Shown here piece by piece: positions 28,783 to 39,372 of a DNA stretch of 64,000 nucleotides. The stretch is taken from contig CAZPWM010000001.1 in NCBI GenBank assembly GCA_964590575.1, positions 8,832 to 72,831 on the forward strand, read 5' to 3'. The position numbers and the translations under genes were made by a program. How positions within the stretch are numbered: position 1 is the stretch's first letter; every line of letters begins with the position of its first letter. Source of the DNA: an uncultured archaeon. Its GTDB lineage: Archaea > Asgardarchaeota > Thorarchaeia > Thorarchaeales > Thorarchaeaceae. The notes below the pieces were generated by a model. That model did no database searches. It was not told the origin of the DNA and saw only the letters and a list, made by a program, of their open reading frames with translations.

Positions 28783-30153
28783 CTATCTACTACTTCGTGC
28801 CTTGTTGTAGGCTCTGTCTAACTCTTGACTCATTGAGCTAGGAATGGCAGTCTTGCCTGTGATATCCCCTTCCTTGCGTCTAATGAAGACATAGAGGAGT
28901 GTGACATACACGATATCGAATGTGCGTAGAACAAGTGTACTAGGTATGGCTGCAAAGACAACGAATACAACGGTGACCAAGACTGTGGTGATAATATCCC
29001 CTGCGGAATATATCCATCCAAACAATGCACCAAAAATTGCAAAGCCAAAGAAGATCATGAATGCAAGAACACCAAAACCCCATCTTACTGCAGTTTCCTT
29101 GATCATTACGTCGACAAAGTTCTTACGTACTAGACCGGCACTCCGTTTGATGGCTTTAGTTGCACTCAGTTCTTCAGCAACCATTGCAGGAATTGTAAAA
29201 TAGTTGACAAGTGCCCATACCCAGCCTATGATGCCCTCTGCGGCATACCCCACACCTCGACCGACTGCACTTTGAGATTTACTAGCAGCGCCTCTAATTG
29301 CAATTCTGACTATCGCAATAATCACACTCATGATGCTCAGTACAATAAGTGCGCCAAGAACTCCAAGTGAAGAGCGCACACCATCCCCAAGAGATGGATC
29401 ACGACCTCGCATGTAGATGTAAGTAATCGCTGATGTAGTAGAGTACGCAAAGTTGTAGAAGAATATTGTCACGAAGAGAAAAACTACAATGCCAATTGCA
29501 TACGGCCAGTCTCTCTCAATCATAAACTCAAAATTAGTGTCGAGAACCTGTGGCATGAAGTAAACTAAAATGCTCGCAAACAGTACTGCTGAAACGAGCG
29601 TGAAGATCATTGTCAATAATGGTGGGACAAATGTCCCTTTCTCATCTAGTGTAACTTGTCCTGTCAGTTTAATTATCTCACCTGCTCTCCGTACACGGTC
29701 TCTGAAGACTGTAAATAGAAGAACTGTAAGGAACAACGTGAAGAGTCCCGGTATCATGATTGGCCACCATGTACTAATCAAGGATAATGGCAATGCTCCT
29801 GTGAATACAAGAAATAGTACAAGTCCCCATGATAAGATGTTCATGAAAATCGCACCTATGGTGATTAGCGTTCCACCCAGACGTCGTGCAGCTAGAGATG
29901 CTAGTAGGCCCATAGCAACACTCATCCCGATTATACCTAATAGTCCAGCACCCAACAACCACATTTGACCTGCTAAAAACGGAATGTAATAAGTTATGAT
30001 GCCTGTTAGGTCGTACATTAGCCATAGATTATAGAGTGCATAGACTCCAAATGCTATGAACCCTCCAAAGATAACAAGGAGCCCTACAACCGGACCCTTG
30101 CGGCTTGGAAATTTCTCTTTCTTATGATATTCATAAATATCAGTACTTGTCAT
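28783..30153 (-). CDS. Polytopic integral membrane protein (about 10-12 TM)
   Basis: 456 aa, continuous hydrophobic segments. Confidence 0.55.
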   Translation of the reverse strand: MTSTDIYEYHKKEKFPSRKGPVVGLLVIFGGFIAFGVYALYNLWLMYDLTGIITYYIPFLAGQMWLLGAGLLGIIGMSVAMGLLASLAARRLGGTLITIGAIFMNILSWGLVLFLVFTGALPLSLISTWWPIMIPGLFTLFLTVLLFTVFRDRVRRAGEIIKLTGQVTLDEKGTFVPPLLTMIFTLVSAVLFASILVYFMPQVLDTNFEFMIERDWPYAIGIVVFLFVTIFFYNFAYSTTSAITYIYMRGRDPSLGDGVRSSLGVLGALIVLSIMSVIIAIVRIAIRGAASKSQSAVGRGVGYAAEGIIGWVWALVNYFTIPAMVAEELSATKAIKRSAGLVRKNFVDVMIKETAVRWGFGVLAFMIFFGFAIFGALFGWIYSAGDIITTVLVTVVFVVFAAIPSTLVLRTFDIVYVTLLYVFIRRKEGDITGKTAIPSSMSQELDRAYNKARSSR

Positions 30154-30273
30154 GATGACTCTCCTCCAGAGTTAGCTTATCACTGAATTACGTAAACCCT
30201 ATTATAAGTTAAATCTTAGGGCGAAAAGACCAAAACACAAGTTAATTATAGTGAACATACAATCAGAATCTAC

Positions 30274-30747
30274 ATGGAATCTATTCGCTATTGTGCACCT
30301 GGACACATCTTTTGCAAAGCAAACAAGGTGATGCTTGCTGTTGATGGCAGTGAGGGTTCGTCACGAGCTGCTACTGTGGCATTTGAGGTGGCCGAGATGA
30401 CAAATTCGAAGCTGTTCATCATACATGTCATTCCAACCTCGGTTGTAAAACAATTCTCCCTCATGTCAGACGCAAACCCCGATGATGTCCTTCACAAATA
30501 TGAAGAAAAAGGTAAAACGCTACTTGATGGCTATAAGAGAGCCGCTGATGACTATAATCTTGAAGTTGAGCTAATCCTAGAGAAAGGCTCTCCATCCGAG
30601 AGAATCATCATACTGGCAAAGGAATTGGAAATTGACCTATTAGTTATAGGCTCAGTGGGCGCATCTGGTGCACTCAGGTCTGGTGTAGGCAGTTCTGCTG
30701 AACGTGTAGTACTTGGTTCTACTAAGCCCGTTCTTGTAGTAAAATAG
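30274..30747 (+). CDS. Universal stress protein (UspA family)
   Basis: VMLAVDGSEGS...LFIIHV...LLVIGSVGASGALRSGVGSSAERVVLGSTKPVLVVK. Confidence 0.8.
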   Translation: MESIRYCAPGHIFCKANKVMLAVDGSEGSSRAATVAFEVAEMTNSKLFIIHVIPTSVVKQFSLMSDANPDDVLHKYEEKGKTLLDGYKRAADDYNLEVELILEKGSPSERIIILAKELEIDLLVIGSVGASGALRSGVGSSAERVVLGSTKPVLVVK

Positions 30748-30793
30748 ATTGAACGACTGATGTTCAAGCCTATTTGATTGGGAAATCATCAAA

Positions 30794-31087
30794 TCAGAAA
30801 CCAAAGGGCATCATTGGAATTTCGTTATCCTCATCTAACTCTCTTACCATTCGCATTATTCCTCTGATACTGAGGAGCTCCCAAGCGGGTTTAACAAATG
30901 CTATTGAAATCTGTTTCGCGTCCTCCTGCGGGATTCCATTTTCTCTAAGTGTCTTATAGAATTCCTTGGCTCCCTTTTTGACATCGTTTCGTCCTTGACG
31001 AAGTGACCACCAAAGTTTGAATAGGAGCTTTGATCCACCGCCTATAGCACTCCCTGTAATTGATGCAATGGATCTCGCGGTTCCCAT
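30794..31087 (-). CDS. Hypothetical small protein (paralogous motif with 31090..31506)
   Basis: KEFYKTLRENGIPQEDAKQISIAFVKP motif. Confidence 0.45.
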   Translation of the reverse strand: MGTARSIASITGSAIGGGSKLLFKLWWSLRQGRNDVKKGAKEFYKTLRENGIPQEDAKQISIAFVKPAWELLSIRGIMRMVRELDEDNEIPMMPFGF

Positions 31088-31089
31088 TT

Positions 31090-31506
31090 CTATTCAAACT
31101 CCTCATCATCTTCGTCATCATCGTAGTTATCTGATCCTCGTCGTTTCCTCTTCTTCTTGCCACTAATTTCGATAGATGTTTCGTCGCTCACCATACTCAT
31201 GAGCTTGCTGAAGTCAAGAGCTCCAACAAATTTCTTAGTCATGTCAAGAGCTACTTCCTCGGGGATTCCCTCAGCGATGAGATTGCTATAGAATTTCCCG
31301 ATTCCTGCTGCCATGTTACCGGCAGCCTCAGGACTGTACACACTACCGATTAAGCCCGATATCAGTTTCGGAATTGCATCGTTGAGCGCACTGAAGAGTT
31401 CAGGCAATGCGCCTGCTATTTCCTTCAGTTCTTCAGCCTCACTCTTTTCTAATCTTGTTTTCTTTTTTGGTTCTGAGAATTCGTCACTCAAATTTATCTT
31501 CACCAA
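31090..31506 (-). CDS. Hypothetical small protein with basic-then-polyacidic C-terminal tail
   Basis: GKFYSNLIAEGIPEEVALDMTKKFVG motif; KKKRKRRGSDNYDDDEDDEEFE tail. Confidence 0.5.
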   Translation of the reverse strand: MVKINLSDEFSEPKKKTRLEKSEAEELKEIAGALPELFSALNDAIPKLISGLIGSVYSPEAAGNMAAGIGKFYSNLIAEGIPEEVALDMTKKFVGALDFSKLMSMVSDETSIEISGKKKRKRRGSDNYDDDEDDEEFE

Positions 31507-31573
31507 GTATTATGTAGACTGGTCACTTACTATATATAAATTGGAAAAAAGTGACCACTTCTTTAGAAACTTG

Positions 31574-32032
31574 CTACTCCCTCACCAGAGCGAAATACCT
31601 TGCTCTATCATCCTCATCTTCGATGATTTGCAAAATGCCCCGTTTAACAAGGTCATTCACTCGTTCCCGTACAATCCTTCTAGATGCTGTTCCTCTCTCA
31701 GCTCTCACAGATGCTGTTAATTGACTGATATTGAGAGGACGGGAATTGTCTAGTATCTGGATGATCCTCCAGCTGATATCGTCTTTCTTCAAATCTCCAT
31801 ATCTTGACTCTAATCTCTCAATCTTGGTGAATTTTCCCATCAATCGTACCATGCCATCATAGAACTCGAATCCTTCTTTGATAACTTTGGCTGAAGTACG
31901 GACTTCCTCGATACCTGGACCGACCCTCTCTATAAGCTCCTCGAGTCTAGCTAACCTTTCAGAGATTTCATCTAATCTATCTTGGACTTCCTCAATTGTC
32001 AGATCTGATTTCGTGTTTTTGATTCCAGTCAA
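31574..32032 (-). CDS. Coiled-coil + winged-HTH putative transcriptional regulator (start uncertain; ORF-track extends to 32140)
   Basis: C-terminal ISWRIIQILDNSRPLNISQLTASV...RERVNDLVKRGIL wHTH; possible TTG start at 32030-32032. Confidence 0.5.
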   Translation of the reverse strand: MTGIKNTKSDLTIEEVQDRLDEISERLARLEELIERVGPGIEEVRTSAKVIKEGFEFYDGMVRLMGKFTKIERLESRYGDLKKDDISWRIIQILDNSRPLNISQLTASVRAERGTASRRIVRERVNDLVKRGILQIIEDEDDRARYFALVRE

Positions 32033-32141
32033 GGAAGTGTCGCCACCTAGAATCAATAGTAGAAAGTGATAAGTCTGACGAATGCCGCGTAAGGACACCT
32101 GACCTGAAAAATGGTTCGAAGACATAGGAAGAATAAGCAAT

Positions 32142-33554
32142 TTGACCGGAGAAGAAGGTGAAAACGTAGTTGAAAATGTACTACCTCTACGTGATCTATT
32201 TCACTTTGCACACTTCTCCAGATTTTACAGACTGTACGTGCCTGCATCAATTCTTGTGGGTATTGCATGCGGCCTCTTCATGGTTTTATTTCAACTTCTT
32301 ATTGATACTGCGATTACTGTATTCTCTGTGCTTCCACTCTTCATCGCTCCTTTGATTGGAGGTGCATTTTCAGGTGTTCTCATCTATTTTGGGCGAACGG
32401 AGATTCAGGGGAGTGGGATTTCAAAAGCTATTGAAATGACACACAAACCAGGCTCACTTAGAAAAGGTACAACGCTCACAAAACTCGTAGCAACATCTGT
32501 ATCTATTGGGTCTGGAAATCCAGTAGGACGAGAGGGTCCTGCAGTATTAATCGGTGCAGGTGTCGGGAACGCTATTGGTCGAAGGCTTGGTTTCCGAGAT
32601 GACTCACATCTCAGAGTATTTCTGATGATGGGCTCTGCAGCTGCAACTGCTGGTATCTATAAGGCACCACTCGGTGGCGCTCTGTTTGCCACTGAGGCTC
32701 CATATAGACAAGATGCTCGACTTGGTTATTTTGTACCAACAGTGATTGCTGCATTGAGCTCTTTTGTTGTATTCATAGGCGTGTATCCATTTATCACAGG
32801 ACATGGAGCTGGTCCATTATTCACTTTTACTGCAGCATTAAGCATCACGCTTGCCGAGATTCCCTTCTTGGTTCTCTTTGGTGTTGTTGCAGGTGTCATT
32901 TCGATTCTATTTGCTGTGAGCCTCATGGCTACGCGTAACTTCTTCACAGTAAAATTTCCAAATTGGGTGGATCCTGTGATTGGCTCATTGCTTGCGTGCG
33001 TAGTCATTTTCGTTACATCCCTATTTGTAGACCCATCTCTTACAATCGCGGGAATGGGTTATGATGTAATTAACACGCTCGCACTTCATCCTGCGCCAAT
33101 TTTAATGATAGTTATCTTACTTTTTGGAAAGCTCTTCGCATCATCATTTGTAGTTGCAGGAAAGGTTTCAGGAGGCGTGCTTGCTTCATCATTGTTTGTC
33201 GGGGCAATGCTAGGGTTATTCTTTGGCGAGATCTTCTTTCCCTCCAATGTTCCTGCGATTATGGTCCTAGGAATGGGTGCGGTCCTTGCTGCCACGACGA
33301 ATACTCCTGTCGCAACCACCATCATGATGCTTGAGATGAGTCAAAACTTTGACCTAGTCATTCCTCTAGTGATTTGTATCTGTGTTTCCTATCTCGTAAG
33401 TGGAGGCACCTCATTGTATGAAGGTCAAAAAATAAGCAGAGACGATGAAACACCCGGCTTCTATGCCAATGTACTTCCTCCAAGAAAGCTTGGATACGAG
33501 AAAATTGATGGAGACGAAACAGAGCAAGATAGCGATGAAATCAATATACTCTGA
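32142..33554 (+). CDS. ClC-family chloride channel / H+/Cl- exchanger (no CBS domains)
   Basis: GSGI, GREGP (GKEGP motif), GGALFATEA, multiple TM helices, 470 aa. Confidence 0.8.
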   Translation: MTGEEGENVVENVLPLRDLFHFAHFSRFYRLYVPASILVGIACGLFMVLFQLLIDTAITVFSVLPLFIAPLIGGAFSGVLIYFGRTEIQGSGISKAIEMTHKPGSLRKGTTLTKLVATSVSIGSGNPVGREGPAVLIGAGVGNAIGRRLGFRDDSHLRVFLMMGSAAATAGIYKAPLGGALFATEAPYRQDARLGYFVPTVIAALSSFVVFIGVYPFITGHGAGPLFTFTAALSITLAEIPFLVLFGVVAGVISILFAVSLMATRNFFTVKFPNWVDPVIGSLLACVVIFVTSLFVDPSLTIAGMGYDVINTLALHPAPILMIVILLFGKLFASSFVVAGKVSGGVLASSLFVGAMLGLFFGEIFFPSNVPAIMVLGMGAVLAATTNTPVATTIMMLEMSQNFDLVIPLVICICVSYLVSGGTSLYEGQKISRDDETPGFYANVLPPRKLGYEKIDGDETEQDSDEINIL

Positions 33555-33659
33555 TTTCTACGAAAATTAATAGGCAATTGCAGTAATAAGGTGTCTAAAG
33601 GGAGATTGGTTTCGGAGGTTCACTCGAATCGCAAACTGACCCCCTAGGAGGAGTAATCT

Positions 33660-36271
33660 TTGCAGAAGAAAGTGGTAAGTACACTTTTGACCCTTTGTCT
33701 AATTCTCTCAAGTGTTCCTGTTCTTCTCTATGTCATGCCGATAGATGAAGTACAGCCAACAAAGATTGAACCAGTGACATTGGACTTTAACAGATTGACT
33801 GAACTTTATGGAGAGCAGATTCCAGTAGTTGTTCGTTTTAATCAAGGTCTCTCGTCTGGATTACAAGATATCATCTCATCTATGCAATTGGAATTTAGCC
33901 TCGGAAGTGCAAGTAAAAGTCACATCGGTTCGTACTATCTACTGAATGGCAATCCGGATAGTCTTCAGGCTTTGATTGATATGGGTGTTGTTGCGAAGAT
34001 TGCTCCGCAGACACATACACAATTTCTGGAAACTCCTAGAGACCTCTCAATTCCAGAAATCAATGCTGATGATGTCTGGTCGACGCTTGATGATTTGAGT
34101 AGAAACATCACAGGTCGAGATATTCTCATTGCGGATCTCGATTCAGGAGTAGATTGGCGACATCCTGACCTCTGGTTTGCTGATGGCGGCCAATACACTT
34201 GGTTTGACCATGCTGCAAACGGTCAGCTGGATAATGGAACTGATGGTATAGATCTCAACCCTGATGGAATCATTATGCCTGATGAGGCTCTGTATGTTCT
34301 TGATTTAGATCGGAATGGCATTTTCAATGTTCGATTTGAATGGGCATGGCTTGACAATGTCACTCAAAATGGATCTCCAGACATCGGTGAACCGTTCTTT
34401 GTTGTGAATGATACTTCGGGTGATGGTTTCCTTGACCTTGGAGAACCCTTGGTCATGTTGGGAACTCCTAAAACCAAGTACATCTTTGAAATGGATGGTA
34501 ATCCCTCACCAAGTCTACAGTTATGGGAGCGTGGAGTGAACCTTACATCAAGCACTCACAAAGACGACAGTCCTTATGGTGGAGGTCATGGAACCGCTGT
34601 CGCTGGAATACTATTGGGTGGACAACTTGGTTTTCGAGACTATGTTGGTGTGGCCCCTGATGCAGAGTTAATGCTGATTCGTGTTATAGGCGATCAGTTC
34701 ACGTGGATCTCAATTGAAGCAGGGCTTGCAATCGCAAACAATACGGGGGCTGATGTTATTCTTACAGAAATCGGGTCATGGACCTATCAATATCTCGATG
34801 GTAGTTCATTGGCTGAGGAAATAATTGACGATTTAGTTGCTGATGGCATTCCAGTAATCTCTCCAAGTGGGAATCTTGGAGGAAAGGACAAACACGCAAT
34901 GATCAACACAGTCCGTTTGCTCCCCATCAGATTGATTTCTTAGTTCCTACAGTAGATGGCCTTTATGTCTTTGAAGACATCACGGAGGTCTACATAACAG
35001 TCCTAACGGTTGATCCCACTGATTTCGTGGTGAGTAATTTTAGTTTGACAATTAATGGAACCACAACCTACCTTAATCCCGGAGTGGGTGAGGGTATATG
35101 GTTCCTGCAATCTAACATTATCCCTGGGGTCAATGTGCAGTCTTACATCTCTACTTCTACAAGAGGTACGAAGATGCTTGCCATCCAACTCTATGGAGCT
35201 CTTCCCACCACTCCTCCCGTCGTGCCCTACCAACTTGGCATCTCAACACCTGATGCCGCAACGATTCATGCGTATATCTCTGATGACCAGAGTGGATGGA
35301 CTGGTGGATGTGTATGGACAACCGACATGGCGGATAGTTATCATATTACATGGCCATCGACAGCAGACAGTGCAATAAGTGTCGCAAGCTATCACACAAG
35401 GAGTCTCTATGGGACAATTGGAGATCGTGCTAGCTTCTCCTCTATTGGTCCAAGGATTGATGGTTTTCCCAAACAGACTGTTGCAGCTCCTGGAGGTTAC
35501 GACATTATCTCAGACTATGCAAATGGTTCTGTTTGGGCCTCTTGGTTTAATGGTGGTGGTGCATTACCTTTTCAGCCGCAGTTTGGAACTTATCGGTTAT
35601 TTAGTGGAACAAGTGCATCAGGACCGCATGTTGCAGGAGCAGCTGCACTGCTGCTTCAAGCCAATGTTACTATTGGGGGTCAAATGAAAGCAATTTTTGA
35701 GTCCACTGCAGTAAGTGATGTGTTCACCGGGGTTGTCCCAAACGACATGTGGGGTAGTGGTAAACTGGATGTGGAGGCTGCATTAGCCTTCATCACTCCT
35801 GGTCCTGATGTTGATGGTCCAGTGATTGGGAACCATAATCGAAGCCCCTTCACGCCTAATTCTACTGAATCAGTACTGGTGAATGTTACAGTGTCAGACG
35901 CTTCTGGGGTCGACACAGTGATTCTTTCATATTACAATGGCTCAACCTGGTTCAATGTCACAATGACTTGGACTGGGTTATATTATGAAGGCACAATTCC
36001 TGCATTCCCGAATGGAACTACTATACTTTATCGTTTCTACGCAAACGACACACTTGATAACTGGTCCATGTCTGGGACATTTAGCTACACTGTTACAGAT
36101 CCTGGAACCACCACAACCACGACCACCAGTACAACCTCGACAACGGGAAGCCCGACTACGACCTCCCCTCCCCCCGAAGAACCGGATTACCTTCGATTGG
36201 CGGTGATACTAAGTGTGGTGCTTGCGTTGATAATTCTGGCAGTTGTATGTAATCGAAGGAGGTCACGATGA
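33660..36271 (+). pseudogene. Subtilisin-like (S8) surface protease, frameshifted: Asp/His/Asn in ORF 33660..34943, Ser in ORF 35027..36271
   Basis: DLDSGVD and HGTAVAG in first ORF; SGTSASGPHVAGAAALL in second; frame +2 reads through 34862..35030 joining them; Thr-rich stalk and C-terminal TM plus RRRSR. Confidence 0.6.
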
Positions 36272-36392
36272 CCAGATTAAGGCAAAGGATAAAAATTTGT
36301 GTTCTTTACACACTCGAAGTAGCGTGAGCAGGTCTTATATGAGCTAAGTTTATTGCGAAGTCGTCGACAAAACAAGACAAAAGGTATCAACC

Positions 36393-36731
36393 ATGAAGCA
36401 ACTTGGCGGATTTACTCTCGACTTAGGACATAAGAAACACATGCCTGTGGAAGTTCTAGTCGATAATGGCAATACACTCATTCTGATAGACTGTAACTGT
36501 TGCGAGGAAAATCTTTCGCGAAGGCTTCCTGGAGGTGCTCTCATACCTATTGCGACAGCCTTGAAAACCTTCTTTGCGGCTCGGGGGATGAGAAATATCG
36601 ATGTCAATGTGAGCGGAGTAATGATGCGCCGTACCTACAAGGGTATCATGGATGAGTCGGACCTTCCTGAGATGACAAAGGAATTGGAACAGGCTGTTAG
36701 TAATTTCACTCGCAAACGAAAGAAGAGATAG
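36393..36731 (+). CDS. Hypothetical protein (112 aa)
   Basis: ORF only. Confidence 0.3.
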   Translation: MKQLGGFTLDLGHKKHMPVEVLVDNGNTLILIDCNCCEENLSRRLPGGALIPIATALKTFFAARGMRNIDVNVSGVMMRRTYKGIMDESDLPEMTKELEQAVSNFTRKRKKR

Positions 36732-36765
36732 GTTGGAGAGAGAATACACTCTCCCCAGAATGGTA

Positions 36766-37860
36766 CTATTGATTTTCAGCTTGGAACTCTTTGAGATATT
36801 CAGCAAGTTTCATACAACCCTCAAGAGACATTGCATTGTAGATTGAAGCTCTCATTCCTCCAACTGAGCGATGTCCTTTGAGTCCCACCAAATCTCTTGC
36901 AGTTCCTCCAGCAACACACTTCTGTTCCAGCTCTGGCGAAGCCATGGTGAATGTCACGTTCATGAGCGAACGCGAATCCTCCCTTGCATGACCCTTGTAG
37001 AACCCATCGGAGGAGTCAATAACATCATAGAGGACTTTTGCCTTCTCTATATTTCTCTTCTCCATCTCCTTCACTCCACCTATTTCTTTCAGGTACTCAA
37101 GCGAGAGCTTACAGATATAGATTGGGAAAACTGGTGGTGTATTGTACATAGAGTCGTTGTCGGAATGGGTTTTCCACTTTTGCATTGAAGGTGCACGATC
37201 TGGAGCTCGATCAAGAAGATCCTCTCTTACGATGACTAAAGTGACCCCTGCTGGTCCAAGATTCTTTTGGGCTCCAGCATAGATTACGCCATAGTCCTTA
37301 ACATTGATAGGTCGATCCATGAGGTTCGAAGACATGTCACAGACAAGAGGAACGTCCTTAGGAACGGAGGGTAGGTATGACCACTCGGTTCCATAGAGTG
37401 TATTGTTACTTGTGAAATGTGCGAATGCGTTCTCCTCATTGAATTTAACATTCTTTGGAATGTATGAAAAATTCTCATCTTCGGAAGAGGCAATTACTTT
37501 GACTTCCCCAAAGAGTTTAGCTTCTTTGATCGCTTTCGTGGACCATCCGCCTGTATTAGCATATTCCATTGGTTTTCCAGGGATATGAAGATTAAGGGGT
37601 ACCATATAGAATTGAGTCGAAGCTCCACCTCCCAGCCACAGAACCTTATAGTCCGTCGGAACTCCCATCAACTCTCTCACAAGATCAGTAGCATCATTCA
37701 TGGCTTTCTCCCACTCTTTTGACCGATGTGAAATCTCCATCACTGACATGCCAGTTCCCGCGAAATTCAAGAATTCCTCCTTGGCTTTCTCAAGGACTGA
37801 TAGTTGTAATGTAGCTGGTCCAGCGTAGTAGTTCCATACTCTCTTTATCATTATCTTCAC
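36766..37860 (-). CDS. serC: Phosphoserine aminotransferase (class V aminotransferase)
   Basis: NYYAGPATL, ISHRSKEW, 364 aa SerC-type. Confidence 0.9.
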   Translation of the reverse strand: MKIMIKRVWNYYAGPATLQLSVLEKAKEEFLNFAGTGMSVMEISHRSKEWEKAMNDATDLVRELMGVPTDYKVLWLGGGASTQFYMVPLNLHIPGKPMEYANTGGWSTKAIKEAKLFGEVKVIASSEDENFSYIPKNVKFNEENAFAHFTSNNTLYGTEWSYLPSVPKDVPLVCDMSSNLMDRPINVKDYGVIYAGAQKNLGPAGVTLVIVREDLLDRAPDRAPSMQKWKTHSDNDSMYNTPPVFPIYICKLSLEYLKEIGGVKEMEKRNIEKAKVLYDVIDSSDGFYKGHAREDSRSLMNVTFTMASPELEQKCVAGGTARDLVGLKGHRSVGGMRASIYNAMSLEGCMKLAEYLKEFQAENQ

Positions 37861-39201
37861 TTACTCCAGTTTGTTTATTGTGAATCCAGTCCAGACTTTA
37901 GGCTGGAAGAACGTACTCTTTTGAGGCATGCATTCGAAATTTTTCGAAACAGCTTCAACCTCATTTATTCGTGTCGGGTTCATAAAGAAAACGGCCTGAC
38001 CATCATTCTGGACAGACTTTATCGATTCCTTTACAGCATCACCTATGCCTTTAATGTAGACAACATACCCTCCTCCCTTCATTGTACCCTGCTCCAGCTT
38101 CTTTTTATCAATTCCCAGCATTTTGTCAAGAACGAGGGTATGAAGTATAGCCACATCGAGACCTCGAAGTTCTATAGACTTGTTTGGCAAGAGTTCATCC
38201 ATCACTGAAACCTCCTTCAATGTAAGAGCATAGAACTTTCCATTATCCATGTAGAGTCCAAAGGAATGTTTTCCTTTCCGGAACTTATTCTCCATTAGCT
38301 CAAACATGGACTCTGATGATTCAAATATATCAACATCGAAGTATTTGTTGATGTCTTCAAGGAGTTTATCCTTGGAGAAGTCTTCCAAGTTTTGTACAAG
38401 TCTATGAGTAGGCAGGACTACAAGTCCGGGATTTGAGATATTAACAAATGTGAGCATGCGGTATCTTGCGGTTTCTAGCTCTGGGTGTTCTTTAGACAAT
38501 GCAAGGGCTGTTTTATATCTATGATGACCATCAGCTATTATAACGAACTTGTCATCCATTAGTCGGACTATCTCTTTCAGGTCATCTTCATTGTCAATTC
38601 TCCAGAGTCTATGACGGATACCATCGTAGTCAACAACATCGCCAACTGGATTGTCCTTCATATGCTTCTCAAGGATTGCATCCACCTGTCGTTCATGGTC
38701 CGGGTAAATTACAAAAATCTGTCCAAAATTAGCCATGCAACTTCTACATAGACTAAGTCGGTCTTCAATATCTTTTGGGAGGGTTTCTTCGTGTTGAAGA
38801 ACTCCATCAAAAATACTAACGCTCGGAGCTCTTGTTGCGAATTCTTCGAGTTCAATCAACCCAATGAATCCAAACCTAAATAGTGGTTTTCCCTTAATCT
38901 CAAAGTCCTGTCCATAGACATAGAATGACTCTTTCTCATCAGGTGTGAGAATACCCTCATTGATCCATTTATTGAAGTGGTTTCTCGCTCTGGTATACTG
39001 ATTTGATGAAGGTGTGTCGTTTTCTTCAGATTTGTTCTTTATGATCCATGCCATATTATAATCAGAAAGTGATTGAAGTTCGTCTATCTTGTCGCCCTTA
39101 ATGATATCATAAGGCGGAGTCACCAATCGAGACAACTCGCCCGCCTTGGCCTCGTTGTATCTATAAGCTTTGAATGGTTTTACACGTACCATCGTTAGCA
39201 T
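37861..39201 (-). CDS. DUF1015-family protein
   Basis: IIADGHHRYKTA signature (ADGHHR); stop codon abuts serC start. Confidence 0.8.
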   Translation of the reverse strand: MLTMVRVKPFKAYRYNEAKAGELSRLVTPPYDIIKGDKIDELQSLSDYNMAWIIKNKSEENDTPSSNQYTRARNHFNKWINEGILTPDEKESFYVYGQDFEIKGKPLFRFGFIGLIELEEFATRAPSVSIFDGVLQHEETLPKDIEDRLSLCRSCMANFGQIFVIYPDHERQVDAILEKHMKDNPVGDVVDYDGIRHRLWRIDNEDDLKEIVRLMDDKFVIIADGHHRYKTALALSKEHPELETARYRMLTFVNISNPGLVVLPTHRLVQNLEDFSKDKLLEDINKYFDVDIFESSESMFELMENKFRKGKHSFGLYMDNGKFYALTLKEVSVMDELLPNKSIELRGLDVAILHTLVLDKMLGIDKKKLEQGTMKGGGYVVYIKGIGDAVKESIKSVQNDGQAVFFMNPTRINEVEAVSKNFECMPQKSTFFQPKVWTGFTINKLE

Positions 39202-39372
39202 CTCCGGTTTCTAACTATAGATTCTGCTGAGCCGGCTCTTAGACTCTTTGTCATAAGTCTTTCTTTCCGAATGAAACTCTCTCACGTTTGAGAAAATTCC
39301 CAAACGTCAAACTTAAATGACTAAGGGTGACGGACACGCGAACCTATAATATCGACGGGGAGACATAAATAA

